The position numbers were made by a program, and so were the translations under genes. Under the pieces are notes generated by a model. That model searched no databases and had not been told where the DNA came from. It was given only the letters and a program-made list of their open reading frames with translations. From IMG/VR virus record IMGVR_UViG_3300028888_000055: 64,000 bases of DNA; one strand, 5' to 3'. Shown piece by piece: positions 33,058-41,990 of the stretch (position 1 is its first letter; each line of letters starts with the position of its first letter). Origin of the DNA: a virus (Duplodnaviria; Caudoviricetes).

Positions 33058-33662
33058 ACAGATGTCAAAGTATCAAATGTTATAGTACCATTACCATCTT
33101 TCATTTCAGCGATACTCTCCCACATCTTACTCACTACAAAATCAGCTATATTCATATTAATAAGCCTACAGTTATTTTCCTTGGCCCATTCTACTAGCTC
33201 TAATATTTCACGGTGCTTATCTATATTCCACCCTATACTTTTGCCATAAGCGAAAAAGAATTCATCTTCTGAATTGAATTTCTTTGCAAAATTCTTGAGC
33301 GGAGCTTCAACACCATTAATAACACAGATACTAGGATAAGTTCTCCAAAACTCATAACCAAGTTCATTACTGCATTTCATGTGGCCAGTTAAAAAGTTCT
33401 TAGAAAAAGGAACGGTTTCAGGATCGAATGTTGAGCCTTTATCTGGAACTTTATATGACTTTAATATGACATTTTTGTTTTGCAGCGAAACAAGTATACT
33501 CCTCAGATCACATTTAGATGCTTCTAAATACTTACATAGATATTCAGAATGCCTTAACTCACTATTAGCTAATAAAAGTAATTCTATTATAAATAATTCT
33601 TCTGCATTTAGACCATATCGAGTCATCAGCAGTAGTTTATTATCAAGTGATTTTATTTCCAA
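33054..33662 (-). CDS. Putative replication initiator/helicase-loader-like protein (TTG start)
   Basis: HTH-like N-terminus and EFWRTYP motif; directly upstream of the DnaB-like gene with a stop/start overlap. Confidence 0.6.
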   Translation of the reverse strand: MEIKSLDNKLLLMTRYGLNAEELFIIELLLLANSELRHSEYLCKYLEASKCDLRSILVSLQNKNVILKSYKVPDKGSTFDPETVPFSKNFLTGHMKCSNELGYEFWRTYPSICVINGVEAPLKNFAKKFNSEDEFFFAYGKSIGWNIDKHREILELVEWAKENNCRLINMNIADFVVSKMWESIAEMKDGNGTITFDTLTSV

Positions 33663-33707
33663 TTAAATAGACTGGTTACGTAGTTTCGAGCTATATCTAT
33701 TTAATTG
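33660..33707 (-). promoter_or_regulatory. Hairpin sequestering the TTG start of the 33054-33662 gene
   Basis: Perfect 12-bp inverted repeat CAATTAAATAGA (33660-33671) / TCTATTTAATTG (33696-33707). Confidence 0.65.
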
Positions 33708-33878
33708 CATACAGTTTATATTCCTTTCGGAGAGTACCTATTGCATTTTATAAGGACGAAGTAATTTGCGCTCTAAATCAATTAATTCGTCTTCGAATTT
33801 TTCCATATCATACACGGTGCTGTCTTCATAACGTTTAAACAGCATATGCATGGCAATATATTTTATATACTTAAACAT
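33663..33878 (-). CDS. Leader ORF: 46 aa if TAG stops, 71 aa with read-through ending at a TAA that abuts the next gene's TTG
   Basis: ATG at 33878 (MFKYIKYIAMHMLFKRYEDS..); TAG at 33740-33738; in-frame TAA at 33665-33663. Confidence 0.65.
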
Positions 33879-33890
33879 ATAATTAAATAA

Positions 33891-35141
33891 TTAAAATCTA
33901 AAAATCATTTGTTTAGGTTTAGTATTTATTTTAGGAGTTATACTTTCACCTTCTAATAATAGATGTAAGTTCTCCTCGTCTATAGTAATGTACTTACTAT
34001 TTCCTACACTATTTCGGAACCATTGTTCTTCTACAGTATTCTTAATAACTAAATTGAATATTTCTACAACCTTTCCTTCTTGTTGTCTGATTGCTCGGCC
34101 TATTCGTTGTTTCTTGGTCGTTTTACTACTATTAGTACCTAAAATTATAGCTACTGATATGGAAGGATCATTAAAGCCTTCATTTAACCTCATAATAGAA
34201 TGTACAACTCCACTATCCTGGTTAATGAATTCTTCTAAAGTAATTCTTCCTTTCTTCTTAGAGTCTTTTCCAGAATAAACCTTACCATATTTTAGCTTTT
34301 CAGCCATTGCAATTGTTGCACTAAAAGTGATGCACTTTTTATCTTGTCTATGCTCTAATATTAAATTGGTTAACTCTACTTTCTTAGGATGATTATTTAT
34401 ATATTGCTTCCTTTTCTGCAGGGTCCTAGTAAATCCCATAGCATGTATAAGGATCTGCCTATTTACTTCTTTAAAATTAGTACCATCAGACTTTTGTTTG
34501 GCTAGAGCAGCTCGTGCTTTCCAATCAGTAGCCATTTTCATAGCTACTCCAAAATTGAAGTCAAAAAAAGAGAAATGCTCAAGAAATTCTCGGTTAACCT
34601 TTTCATATTCTTCTATATCATCAGGTTCTATTAGAACCAAATACTCTCTATAATCATTCAACCAATCATTTTTGATGGATTCCTCTATTGTAACTTCATC
34701 AATAACGGGAGCATGTTGTGCTAATAATCTGTCCCTACCATCCAGCCTTTCAAATGTAGCAGTAAGACCTAATATTATCTTATATTCTACATTTTCAAAT
34801 ACTGAATATAAAGTAGGAGCAGCTACTTTTTGTATTTCATCAATTAGCAATAATGCACATTTATATTGATTACGCGATACATCATACATTGTGTGTACTT
34901 CTGCTTTTATATTATTATCTTGTAATTCTTTATCCCATTGTATTTTTATTGCATCACTTGGTACAACAATTATAACTTTCTTATTAGCATTTTTATTCTG
35001 AAATCTTTGAATAGCTTGTAGTCCAATTCTAGTTTTTCCAAATCCTGTAGCAGCTACTATAGTACCGACACACTTACTTTTTACCCAATTATCAACACAT
35101 TCTTTTTGTCTTTTACTTCGAGAAGAATTAGGATCAAACAT
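33891..35141 (-). CDS. SF2 (DEAD/DEAH-like) helicase
   Basis: ATGFGKT, IDEIQ, LGLTAT, LNEGFN, QRIGRAIR. Confidence 0.9.
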   Translation of the reverse strand: MFDPNSSRSKRQKECVDNWVKSKCVGTIVAATGFGKTRIGLQAIQRFQNKNANKKVIIVVPSDAIKIQWDKELQDNNIKAEVHTMYDVSRNQYKCALLLIDEIQKVAAPTLYSVFENVEYKIILGLTATFERLDGRDRLLAQHAPVIDEVTIEESIKNDWLNDYREYLVLIEPDDIEEYEKVNREFLEHFSFFDFNFGVAMKMATDWKARAALAKQKSDGTNFKEVNRQILIHAMGFTRTLQKRKQYINNHPKKVELTNLILEHRQDKKCITFSATIAMAEKLKYGKVYSGKDSKKKGRITLEEFINQDSGVVHSIMRLNEGFNDPSISVAIILGTNSSKTTKKQRIGRAIRQQEGKVVEIFNLVIKNTVEEQWFRNSVGNSKYITIDEENLHLLLEGESITPKINTKPKQMIFRF

Positions 35142-35952
35142 TTACTCCTTTAGATTTGAGAACAAGGCGTATTTGTCTCTCTCTTTCTTCCCACTGACTA
35201 ATGTGATACTGTACATCGGACTCAAGAGAGAATAATATCCTGTTGCGTAATACTTCCAACTGCATTGTAGACAATTCAGAATATTTCTTACTATGTAATA
35301 TAATCATAGCTCTCATTTGATCCAGAGTAAGACCTTTATAGTTAATCAATACATTGATATTAGGCTTCAAATCCAGATAACCTCTAATATAGTCTACTTT
35401 GCTAGTGTTCTTATCTATCCTCTGTAAGTCACTCTCAGTTAAATAAATTCCTTGTTTAAGTAAGAACGTCAATGTAATATGCTGCTTAGAAAACTTTCCT
35501 AAAGTATCCAGACAAGCAGCTAATACCGTACTTATAGTCAGTGTACTAAATTCCTTAGGACAATCGCCGACAGCCATTGCTATAGAATTAGTTTTAGGAT
35601 CAACAGAAGGATTATTGTTTAGAAATTCTCTTAAAGCAGACATAAATACAAATCTAGGAGTATCTTTGTCTTTTTCAAGCCATCTAACAAATAATTCTGC
35701 ATTACATTTATTACGTTGCTCCTTAATAATGTCAAGTAAAACATATCTTCCAGGATTCTCTTTATCCTTATTATAAAGCATTGTTTCACAATGATTGTAA
35801 AAAGTTAAAAGTTCTTCAGGAGTACAATCCTTCAGTTTCTTCTCTTCTTGAAATACTTCACCGTCTTTAATGACTTTTTTACCTTTCCAAACAAAAGAAT
35901 TTATATCATTTTCCTTTTTACTAAGGGCTTCTTCGTATCTTTCTTTAATCAT
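35134..35952 (-). CDS. Conserved crAss-like hypothetical protein
   Basis: Long ORF coupled to the helicase; HCETMLYN..NPGR. Confidence 0.75.
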   Translation of the reverse strand: MIKERYEEALSKKENDINSFVWKGKKVIKDGEVFQEEKKLKDCTPEELLTFYNHCETMLYNKDKENPGRYVLLDIIKEQRNKCNAELFVRWLEKDKDTPRFVFMSALREFLNNNPSVDPKTNSIAMAVGDCPKEFSTLTISTVLAACLDTLGKFSKQHITLTFLLKQGIYLTESDLQRIDKNTSKVDYIRGYLDLKPNINVLINYKGLTLDQMRAMIILHSKKYSELSTMQLEVLRNRILFSLESDVQYHISQWEERERQIRLVLKSKGVNV

Positions 35953-36026
35953 GTTCTAATCATAACATATCATATCCTTATTATAATATCTTGTTTCTTT
36001 ATTATTATCTATCCACAGTTGATGAA

Positions 36027-36365
36027 TCAAAGTACTATTTCTTTTGTAGGAGCTTGTTCTCTGACAAAGTCTAGAAAGTGAATATTAGTATATTTATAAG
36101 GGATATTGGTATCTGAAATACTATCGTACCAACAATCTATACCACCTTCCACTTCTCTAAACTTAAGAAAACCAGTATCTCCTATATTTAATTCATCACA
36201 TTGCCAGTTGGGAAATCTAGTACACATTACATATTTATCATATAACTTATCAAAATCTAAGTTTTCAAAAACATATACTATGTACCCTCCTGGCTCATCG
36301 TGTTGTGCCAACAGTTTTGCTTTTTGTGTTCGTATATTCTTTACACCCATACTTAGCGAAATCAC
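36027..36365 (-). CDS. Hypothetical OB-fold-like protein
   Basis: GYIVYVFENL..YVMCTRFPNW..GDTGFL. Confidence 0.65.
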   Translation of the reverse strand: MISLSMGVKNIRTQKAKLLAQHDEPGGYIVYVFENLDFDKLYDKYVMCTRFPNWQCDELNIGDTGFLKFREVEGGIDCWYDSISDTNIPYKYTNIHFLDFVREQAPTKEIVL

Positions 36366-36477
36366 ATGACAGTGTGCTTATACCATAAAAGCAAGGATAT
36401 CTGTCACATTCTCTACATGTTCTATAGGGGAATTTATATATAATACCTGAAGGATCTCTTGGCCTATCTTTTCTCAT
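36295..36477 (-). CDS. Small Cys-rich protein
   Basis: CRECDRYPCF..CDFAKYGC; ATGA overlap with the upstream gene. Confidence 0.55.
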   Translation of the reverse strand: MRKDRPRDPSGIIYKFPYRTCRECDRYPCFYGISTLSCDFAKYGCKEYTNTKSKTVGTTR

Positions 36478-36887
36478 TTAAAGATTAATAATATAGCCAA
36501 AGTAGCACTAAGAGTAACTCCCCCTATACTTACCCATTTTAAAACTTTTTGCTTTGACCTAATGCTTTTTAATTCTTTATCTTGTGCTAAAAGTTTTTCA
36601 TGGGCCATTTCAGCGTAATTCTTATACTCAGTTAACTTTAATTCATTCAAAGCTTCGGTTTTTTGATAATTATCAACCAAACTTTGATAATTTGTAATCT
36701 GAGTATTTAATTCAATATTCTCAGCTTTTAATTTCTTATGCTCAGCAAATATTAGATTAGTTTCCTTTAGTTGCTGACTGGTTATAACTACTAGAGAATC
36801 GTTTAAAACTTTCGGATAAGTAGTCTGTGAAAAACTTACTATCACTGTCGACAGGCTGATTAATAATAGTATTAAAATCCTTTTCAT
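36474..36887 (-). CDS. Membrane coiled-coil protein (signal peptide and C-terminal TM), spanin-like candidate
   Basis: N-terminal signal, coiled coil and C-terminal hydrophobic helix; overlaps the upstream membrane gene by about 130 nt. Confidence 0.55.
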   Translation of the reverse strand: MKRILILLLISLSTVIVSFSQTTYPKVLNDSLVVITSQQLKETNLIFAEHKKLKAENIELNTQITNYQSLVDNYQKTEALNELKLTEYKNYAEMAHEKLLAQDKELKSIRSKQKVLKWVSIGGVTLSATLAILLIFK

Positions 36888-37122
36888 ACTGTAATTCTAT
36901 TAAGCCTATATTCTGCTTACTACTGTCAATATTACTAAGTATTGTATCTCTTTGAAGTTTGAGCGAATCAATTTTAACATTAAGAGAATCTACCTTATGT
37001 ATCATATCATCATATGGATCATTTTCTATTTTACCAGTAGAACATTTCTTCCAAAAGAAAAATCCAGTTATAATCAAAACTATACATATACAAAGTAATA
37101 TTAATTTACTTTTTTTCGTCAT
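36757..37122 (-). CDS. N-terminally anchored coiled-coil protein, i-spanin-like candidate
   Basis: Starts MTKKSKLILLCICIVLIITGFFFW (ATGA overlap with ferritin), followed by a coiled coil. Confidence 0.55.
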   Translation of the reverse strand: MTKKSKLILLCICIVLIITGFFFWKKCSTGKIENDPYDDMIHKVDSLNVKIDSLKLQRDTILSNIDSSKQNIGLIELQYEKDFNTIINQPVDSDSKFFTDYLSESFKRFSSSYNQSATKGN

Positions 37123-37673
37123 TGTAAATGTACTATAGCATCTTGAATAGCTAACCAATCTGTACTCAATTCTGCTATCTGATTAACTGTTCTAGCCAAT
37201 TCCATCTCTTCGAGTTGTTCTCTAATCATTGTATATATAAAATCTATAGCTAACAAGTCATTCTCCTTTTTGGCCTGGTCATGCAATTTATAAAAAGCTT
37301 CAGTAGTTTCATCTTCAGCAGTTTTAAATATTTTAAGAGGCTTCTTAAAGTTGCCATCTTCCATTACTTCCTTTACTGGAATCATGCTATAGCTATGAAG
37401 TCTATATCCTCTAGCTTTAAGGAAATTCTCAATAAGTTCAGCATGGTCTAACTCTTCCTTTGCATGATTTTTAAAGAATTCCGCTAGTCCTTCTAAACCG
37501 AAATAAGAATAAAAGTTAGACATATAATTATAAAGATTAGAATTATATAACTCGCTATTAATCTGATTTTCTAGTGCAGATAAAATACCTGCTTTAACAT
37601 CTGTAATTTTAGGAGTAGTATTTTCCTTTTCCTCCATCAATTCTTCGTCTTCTGTGTTGCTATAAATTCTCAT
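37119..37673 (-). CDS. Ferritin (non-heme FtnA-like)
   Basis: QINSELYNSNLY..GLAEFF..HAKEELDHA..EQLEE ferroxidase residues. Confidence 0.88.
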   Translation of the reverse strand: MRIYSNTEDEELMEEKENTTPKITDVKAGILSALENQINSELYNSNLYNYMSNFYSYFGLEGLAEFFKNHAKEELDHAELIENFLKARGYRLHSYSMIPVKEVMEDGNFKKPLKIFKTAEDETTEAFYKLHDQAKKENDLLAIDFIYTMIREQLEEMELARTVNQIAELSTDWLAIQDAIVHLQ

Positions 37674-37682
37674 TTTTTATTT

Positions 37683-37697
37683 CAAAGTTACTAAATT
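37683..37697 (-). promoter_or_regulatory. Bacteroidetes -7 promoter element upstream of ferritin
   Basis: Minus strand AATTTAG-TAACTTTG. Confidence 0.6.
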
Positions 37698-37734
37698 TTT
37701 TTCAATTTAAGGGGATTTAAAAATTTAATAAAAG

Positions 37735-38172
37735 TTAAAGTCTGAATTTAGTAATTCCTTTGGATACAGATTTTACTACTGCCCCACGAGCTAACCTATC
37801 AGCCATCTCATTGTATTCAACATTACAATGTCCCTTAACTAAAATAAACTTTACTGAAGAATGCTTAGTAATAGCTTCATCCAATCTCTGCCATAAGTCA
37901 GAATTAGACTTTTCTTTACTCTTCCATCCTTCGTTATAAGTGTTTACTACATAAGCAGAATCACTATATACAGTCACATCACTACTTACTTTAATTGAAT
38001 TTAAAGCTTGTAATACTGCCATCTGTTCCATTCTGTTATTAGTAGTATTCTTATATGATTTTGTAAATTGAGCTACTATTTTACCCCTGTCATTTAATAT
38101 AACAAAACCTATTCCTCCAGTATTTTTCTGAAAGGAATAGGCTCCATCTGTATATATAGTATAGGTACTCAT
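37735..38172 (-). CDS. rnhA: Ribonuclease HI
   Basis: YTDGA, TTNNRME, YSDSAYV, NSDLW, VKGH, NEMADRLA. Confidence 0.95.
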   Translation of the reverse strand: MSTYTIYTDGAYSFQKNTGGIGFVILNDRGKIVAQFTKSYKNTTNNRMEQMAVLQALNSIKVSSDVTVYSDSAYVVNTYNEGWKSKEKSNSDLWQRLDEAITKHSSVKFILVKGHCNVEYNEMADRLARGAVVKSVSKGITKFRL

Positions 38173-38173
38173 A

Positions 38174-38614
38174 TTATTTATCTAAATCTTTAATATGTTC
38201 GGTCTCTATAATAGACAAATTAACAAACTTACTTAAAGAATCAATTAGAGCGTTCTCTTTAGACCTATAATAATCCACTATATCTGTTAATACAGCAGTA
38301 ATATAATCAAAGGCTTTCTTGTCACATAATGACTCTGTAATACGTACTGCTTTTGTATTATTAAAAAGATCTCCCTCTTTAAGTGTTACTTTTGAAGTAA
38401 ATTGTTTTCTAATATATAATACATCAGCTTGATTACGAAATTGTACATTAGAATACTTCTTTTCTAACAATTTCTTTAGATTTTTCGCATCAACATTATC
38501 GATAGTAAACACTATCCATTTTTTGCACACTGTAATCTTGTCACTACCAAAGAATTGTTTATCCAATTGGTGCATTTTAATCCTCGGTAATTCTTCTGGA
38601 TTTTCTTTTAACAT
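38174..38614 (-). CDS. Hypothetical protein
   Basis: ORF in operon. Confidence 0.65.
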   Translation of the reverse strand: MLKENPEELPRIKMHQLDKQFFGSDKITVCKKWIVFTIDNVDAKNLKKLLEKKYSNVQFRNQADVLYIRKQFTSKVTLKEGDLFNNTKAVRITESLCDKKAFDYITAVLTDIVDYYRSKENALIDSLSKFVNLSIIETEHIKDLDK

Positions 38615-38632
38615 AATCTTAACTTTTTACAA

Positions 38633-38663
38633 TAAAAAATCTCCGTTAAAACTAACGGAGATT
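38633..38663 (-). terminator. Intrinsic terminator closing the recoded island
   Basis: AATCTCCGTTA-AAAC-TAACGGAGATT hairpin with a T-tract on the minus strand. Confidence 0.8.
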
Positions 38664-38667
38664 ATAA

Positions 38668-39891
38668 TTATACAAATAACATTCTAAAAATTTGACCACC
38701 ATCTTTTTTAAAGAGTGTTTCGTCTGCTCCAACAACTTTATCTCTTATACCCGATAAATATGTTGCATGTCTATTCCAAAAATCATTGTCCATTTTAAAG
38801 CGTCGTCTAGTCATGTCTCTAAATATAGCATAAGCTTGTTCGTCAGTTATATTTGGACTGTTATTAATAATATCATTATAAATATCAATTAACTTTCTTC
38901 CATTACCAAGACCTGCATCACGATTTAATCTGCCCATTACATGATCTGCATCTACTGTATAATCCTTTCTAAAAAGATTATTAACAGCAAATTGATTTGC
39001 AAGATTTCCCCAAGTTTTATCTCCAGCATATTTTCTATAGAATTGGGCTCCTCTATACATTTTATCTCTACTATTCAAAGCCTAATTTAAATATATTTTA
39101 TCATCGTCTTCTCCCTTAAATTCACTATATGCTTTATATCTATCTAACATGGGAAGTGTAGCTTGACCTCTCATTAATTGATTAGCATATTCTTTACCTT
39201 TAGCATCAGTAGTGAGATATTTATTAATTAAAGCTGCAGCGCCTGCCACATCATTATCATTTCCAGTCCAACTACCATCATCACCAAATAACGATTTTTT
39301 CTTATTTCCTGCTATATAGTTTGAATTAACATAATCACGTAAACCCTAATTTAATCCAGCAACAACCTTAAATTCATCTGCGGTATCAATATTACCATAG
39401 ATATTAGATAATGATTGCAGGCCATCAAAATTATTACCCCAAGGAGTTCCTTCTTGCCACTCCTTATAAGTATAAGCACCATTATTAACAGTAGGGGCAG
39501 GAGCAGAATTAGAATTTAATCTAAAAGCAGTACCACCAGCGGTATTAGTTAATCTAGAGTCAGGCTATGTTCCTGCCCAATAAATCTAATTAGCTGCTAA
39601 TTGAAAAGGCGATGTACCATCACCAGGATCGTAAGTCATCCACTATGGGGTAGATACTTTTCTTCTTTTCTTTCCTTTACCAGTATATGTAACTTTTGCT
39701 GGATTTACTGTTAATTTAGTAGGATCAATTTTTGCATAGGTTCCATCACTTTTTTTATAATACATATCATTGGTATCATCTTCATCACCATAGAATCCCT
39801 TCATTAGATTATAATTTGTTCCCTATTTTCCAAAAAATGCGTTATAGTATGGATTGTTTTTATCTATTACGTTATAAGTATAGTCTGCCAT
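38668..39891 (-). CDS. TAG-recoded late/virion protein (407 aa)
   Basis: ATG at 39891 (MADYTYNVID), open apart from TAGs and in frame with track ORF 38668-39078; ends KKDGGQIFRMLFV. Confidence 0.8.
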
Positions 39892-39906
39892 AATAATTTA
39901 ATTGTT

Positions 39907-40833
39907 TTATTTTGTTTGTGTATTGTAACTTCTATTTATTCTGTGCAAGGAGCTTAAGTAAGTAGAAACTAAACTAGATATTGCATTATCATTTAATTTA
40001 GTATCACTAACTATAGCATTTGCTACTTGATTTGGATCTAAGTCTGTGGCTTTATCTTTACTGCCTTCTTTTTGTGTTCCTAATACATCATCAAGAAAAT
40101 CAAAACTTCTAGTAGTAGTAGAATCAGTACTTGTAGTGGAACTAGTATCTGTACTTGTAGTGGAACTAGTACCTGTAGTAGAATCGGTAGTCGTAGTAGA
40201 ACTAGTACTAGAAGTACTATCAGTGCTAGAAGTAGAAGAAGTAGAATCAGTACTTGAAGTTGTACCAGTAGTAGAACCTGTGGAAGTAGTACTTGCTGTA
40301 CTACTTGCACTACCTGCACTACCTGAAGGGACGCTAGCTTTATTTAAATATACTCTCCATTTTCCATTTGACGCTTTTACTAAGGTTCCTTTTATTCCAT
40401 CTTTTCCTACAGCTAGTTCGTTTTTTAAAGATTTACCATACTTATAAGTTATATCAGTATCTGTTATCTTTAATCCTTGTCTTCCTGAATGGGATTCTTG
40501 TTCTTCTAATTCAGAAATATCAAATTCAATATAAGGACCTTGACTGGAGGATTTTATAAGTCTATATGCAGGATCAGTGCGAAAAGTCTATTTTAACCAG
40601 TCTGGATTTTTAACAAAATTCTTATTTAGCCATTCATCGAAGCCCTCTAAATACATTCGATCACTAGCTCCCTTTCTCACATCGGAACTTGTTTCCTACC
40701 CAACTTTATTATTCATTAATGCATACTTCTTTTTTCTGTAATATGTTCTAAGAGGACTTTTATCATATATACGAGCATATCCTATTTTATCAAGCTCATC
40801 TAAAGTAGGTACAGGTATTGTTATTGTACTCAT
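39907..40833 (-). CDS. TAG-recoded protein (308 aa) with a long Ser/Thr-rich low-complexity tract
   Basis: ATG at 40833 (MSTITIPVP) to TAA at 39909-39907; contains SSTASTTSTGSTTGTTSSTDSTSSTSSTDST... Confidence 0.8.
40105..40325 (-). repeat. Degenerate coding tandem repeats (STDSTSST-like)
   Basis: Recurrent AGTACT/ACTAGT/GTAGAATC units on the + strand. Confidence 0.8.
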
Positions 40834-40862
40834 AAAAAATTGTTATTTGTATTTTATTTTAG

Positions 40863-40934
40863 TATCTCGGCTGAGAATCGAACTCAGATTATTGGTTTAG
40901 AAGACCAAGGCTCTATCCATTGAGCTACCGAGAC
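40863..40934 (-). tRNA. tRNA-Arg (UCU)
   Basis: GTCTCGG acceptor, anticodon arm TTGGT-CTTCTAA-ACCAA, T loop TTCGATT. Confidence 0.9.
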
Positions 40935-40964
40935 ATCAGCAGTAATTATTTACTGCTATGATTA

Positions 40965-41990
40965 TTAAAGCGTAAAGTTAGGACCTTTACTTGCTTTATA
41001 ATATTTGTTCTCTTTAGGAAGACCCATATCAATGATTTGTTCCAGAATAATATTCCTATCATCAATAGGCATTCCTTTAAATAAAGATACATTCATGATG
41101 TCACACAGACTCATATCAGTCTTCTCTAGCATAGTAATCCTTTGCATAGTTCGATATGAACATAAACATTCAATACCACACTTTTCTGTGGTTTCTCTAA
41201 ATTTATGTACAAAGTTAATCAATTCTGTGTTATTTTCACAAATATTTTCCTCAATTTTTTGTGAATAATCGATTTCGACTAATGCAAATCTATCCAGAGA
41301 AGCAGCATCGATGCAATATCTACCAGTATAATTGTTATCTGCTCCTTTACCTACAGTATTACCTGCAGCGATTACTCTAAAATTCTCGTGAGCCTCGACT
41401 CTACCTGTAGGAAAATCGAAATAACCATTGGCAATGGCGGCATTAAGAATAACTAATACTTCAGGAACTGAAGCATCCATCTCATCCAAGAAGAATACTC
41501 CACCCTTAGTAAACGCATCATAGAACTGAGTCTTTTGATAATTACCGTGAGCATCAATAAATCCAGTTAAACGATACTCTTGGGTTACAGCATTGGTAAA
41601 ATAGAATTCAAATCCAAGAGCATCTGCAACTTGCTTACAAATAATATTTTTACCAGTTCCACTCTTACCAGTCATAAACACTGGAATACCGAGATTGACC
41701 ATGTTTAGAATCTCATCAAATTTCTCATGAGTTACTCCTTCAATCTTTCTAGTTTCAGTAGGGGTTTTAATCTCATGAATCTGAGGCAATACGCCATAGA
41801 TTTCAATAAGTTTTCTAGTTAATTCTGGTTTAATAGCTTCTACTATAGACTCAATACCATCACCAACAACAGTATCAATAATAGTCTTTTGAATAGCTTC
41901 TACTACTTTACTGGCAGAAGTAGTATTTTTACCTTTTGGGGTTTTAATTCCAGCTGAAATTTCTTGTTTAATTTCATCTACAGTTTTCAT
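40965..41990 (-). CDS. MoxR/CbbQ-like AAA ATPase
   Basis: GKSGTGKN, GGVFFLDEMD, HENFRVIAAGNT, DAASLDRF. Confidence 0.9.
   Translation of the reverse strand: MKTVDEIKQEISAGIKTPKGKNTTSASKVVEAIQKTIIDTVVGDGIESIVEAIKPELTRKLIEIYGVLPQIHEIKTPTETRKIEGVTHEKFDEILNMVNLGIPVFMTGKSGTGKNIICKQVADALGFEFYFTNAVTQEYRLTGFIDAHGNYQKTQFYDAFTKGGVFFLDEMDASVPEVLVILNAAIANGYFDFPTGRVEAHENFRVIAAGNTVGKGADNNYTGRYCIDAASLDRFALVEIDYSQKIEENICENNTELINFVHKFRETTEKCGIECLCSYRTMQRITMLEKTDMSLCDIMNVSLFKGMPIDDRNIILEQIIDMGLPKENKYYKASKGPNFTL

Noticed and set aside
18152-35141. Inteins or introns in PolA, RNR, primase or helicases
   Set aside because: Protein lengths are normal, the ORFs are continuous, and no intein splice motifs were seen.
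40105-40325. CRISPR array or replication-origin iterons
   Set aside because: The repeats are degenerate, codon-phased and lack unique spacers.
40046-40559. Track ORFs 40046-40447 (+), 40080-40319 (-) and 40368-40559 (-) with Val/Leu-rich translations
   Set aside because: They are shadow frames of the Ser/Thr-rich recoded gene 39907-40833.
40863-40934. Amber suppressor tRNA (the loop contains CTA)
   Set aside because: The 7-nt loop is CTTCTAA, so the centred anticodon is TCT (Arg). No CUA tRNA was found in the window.
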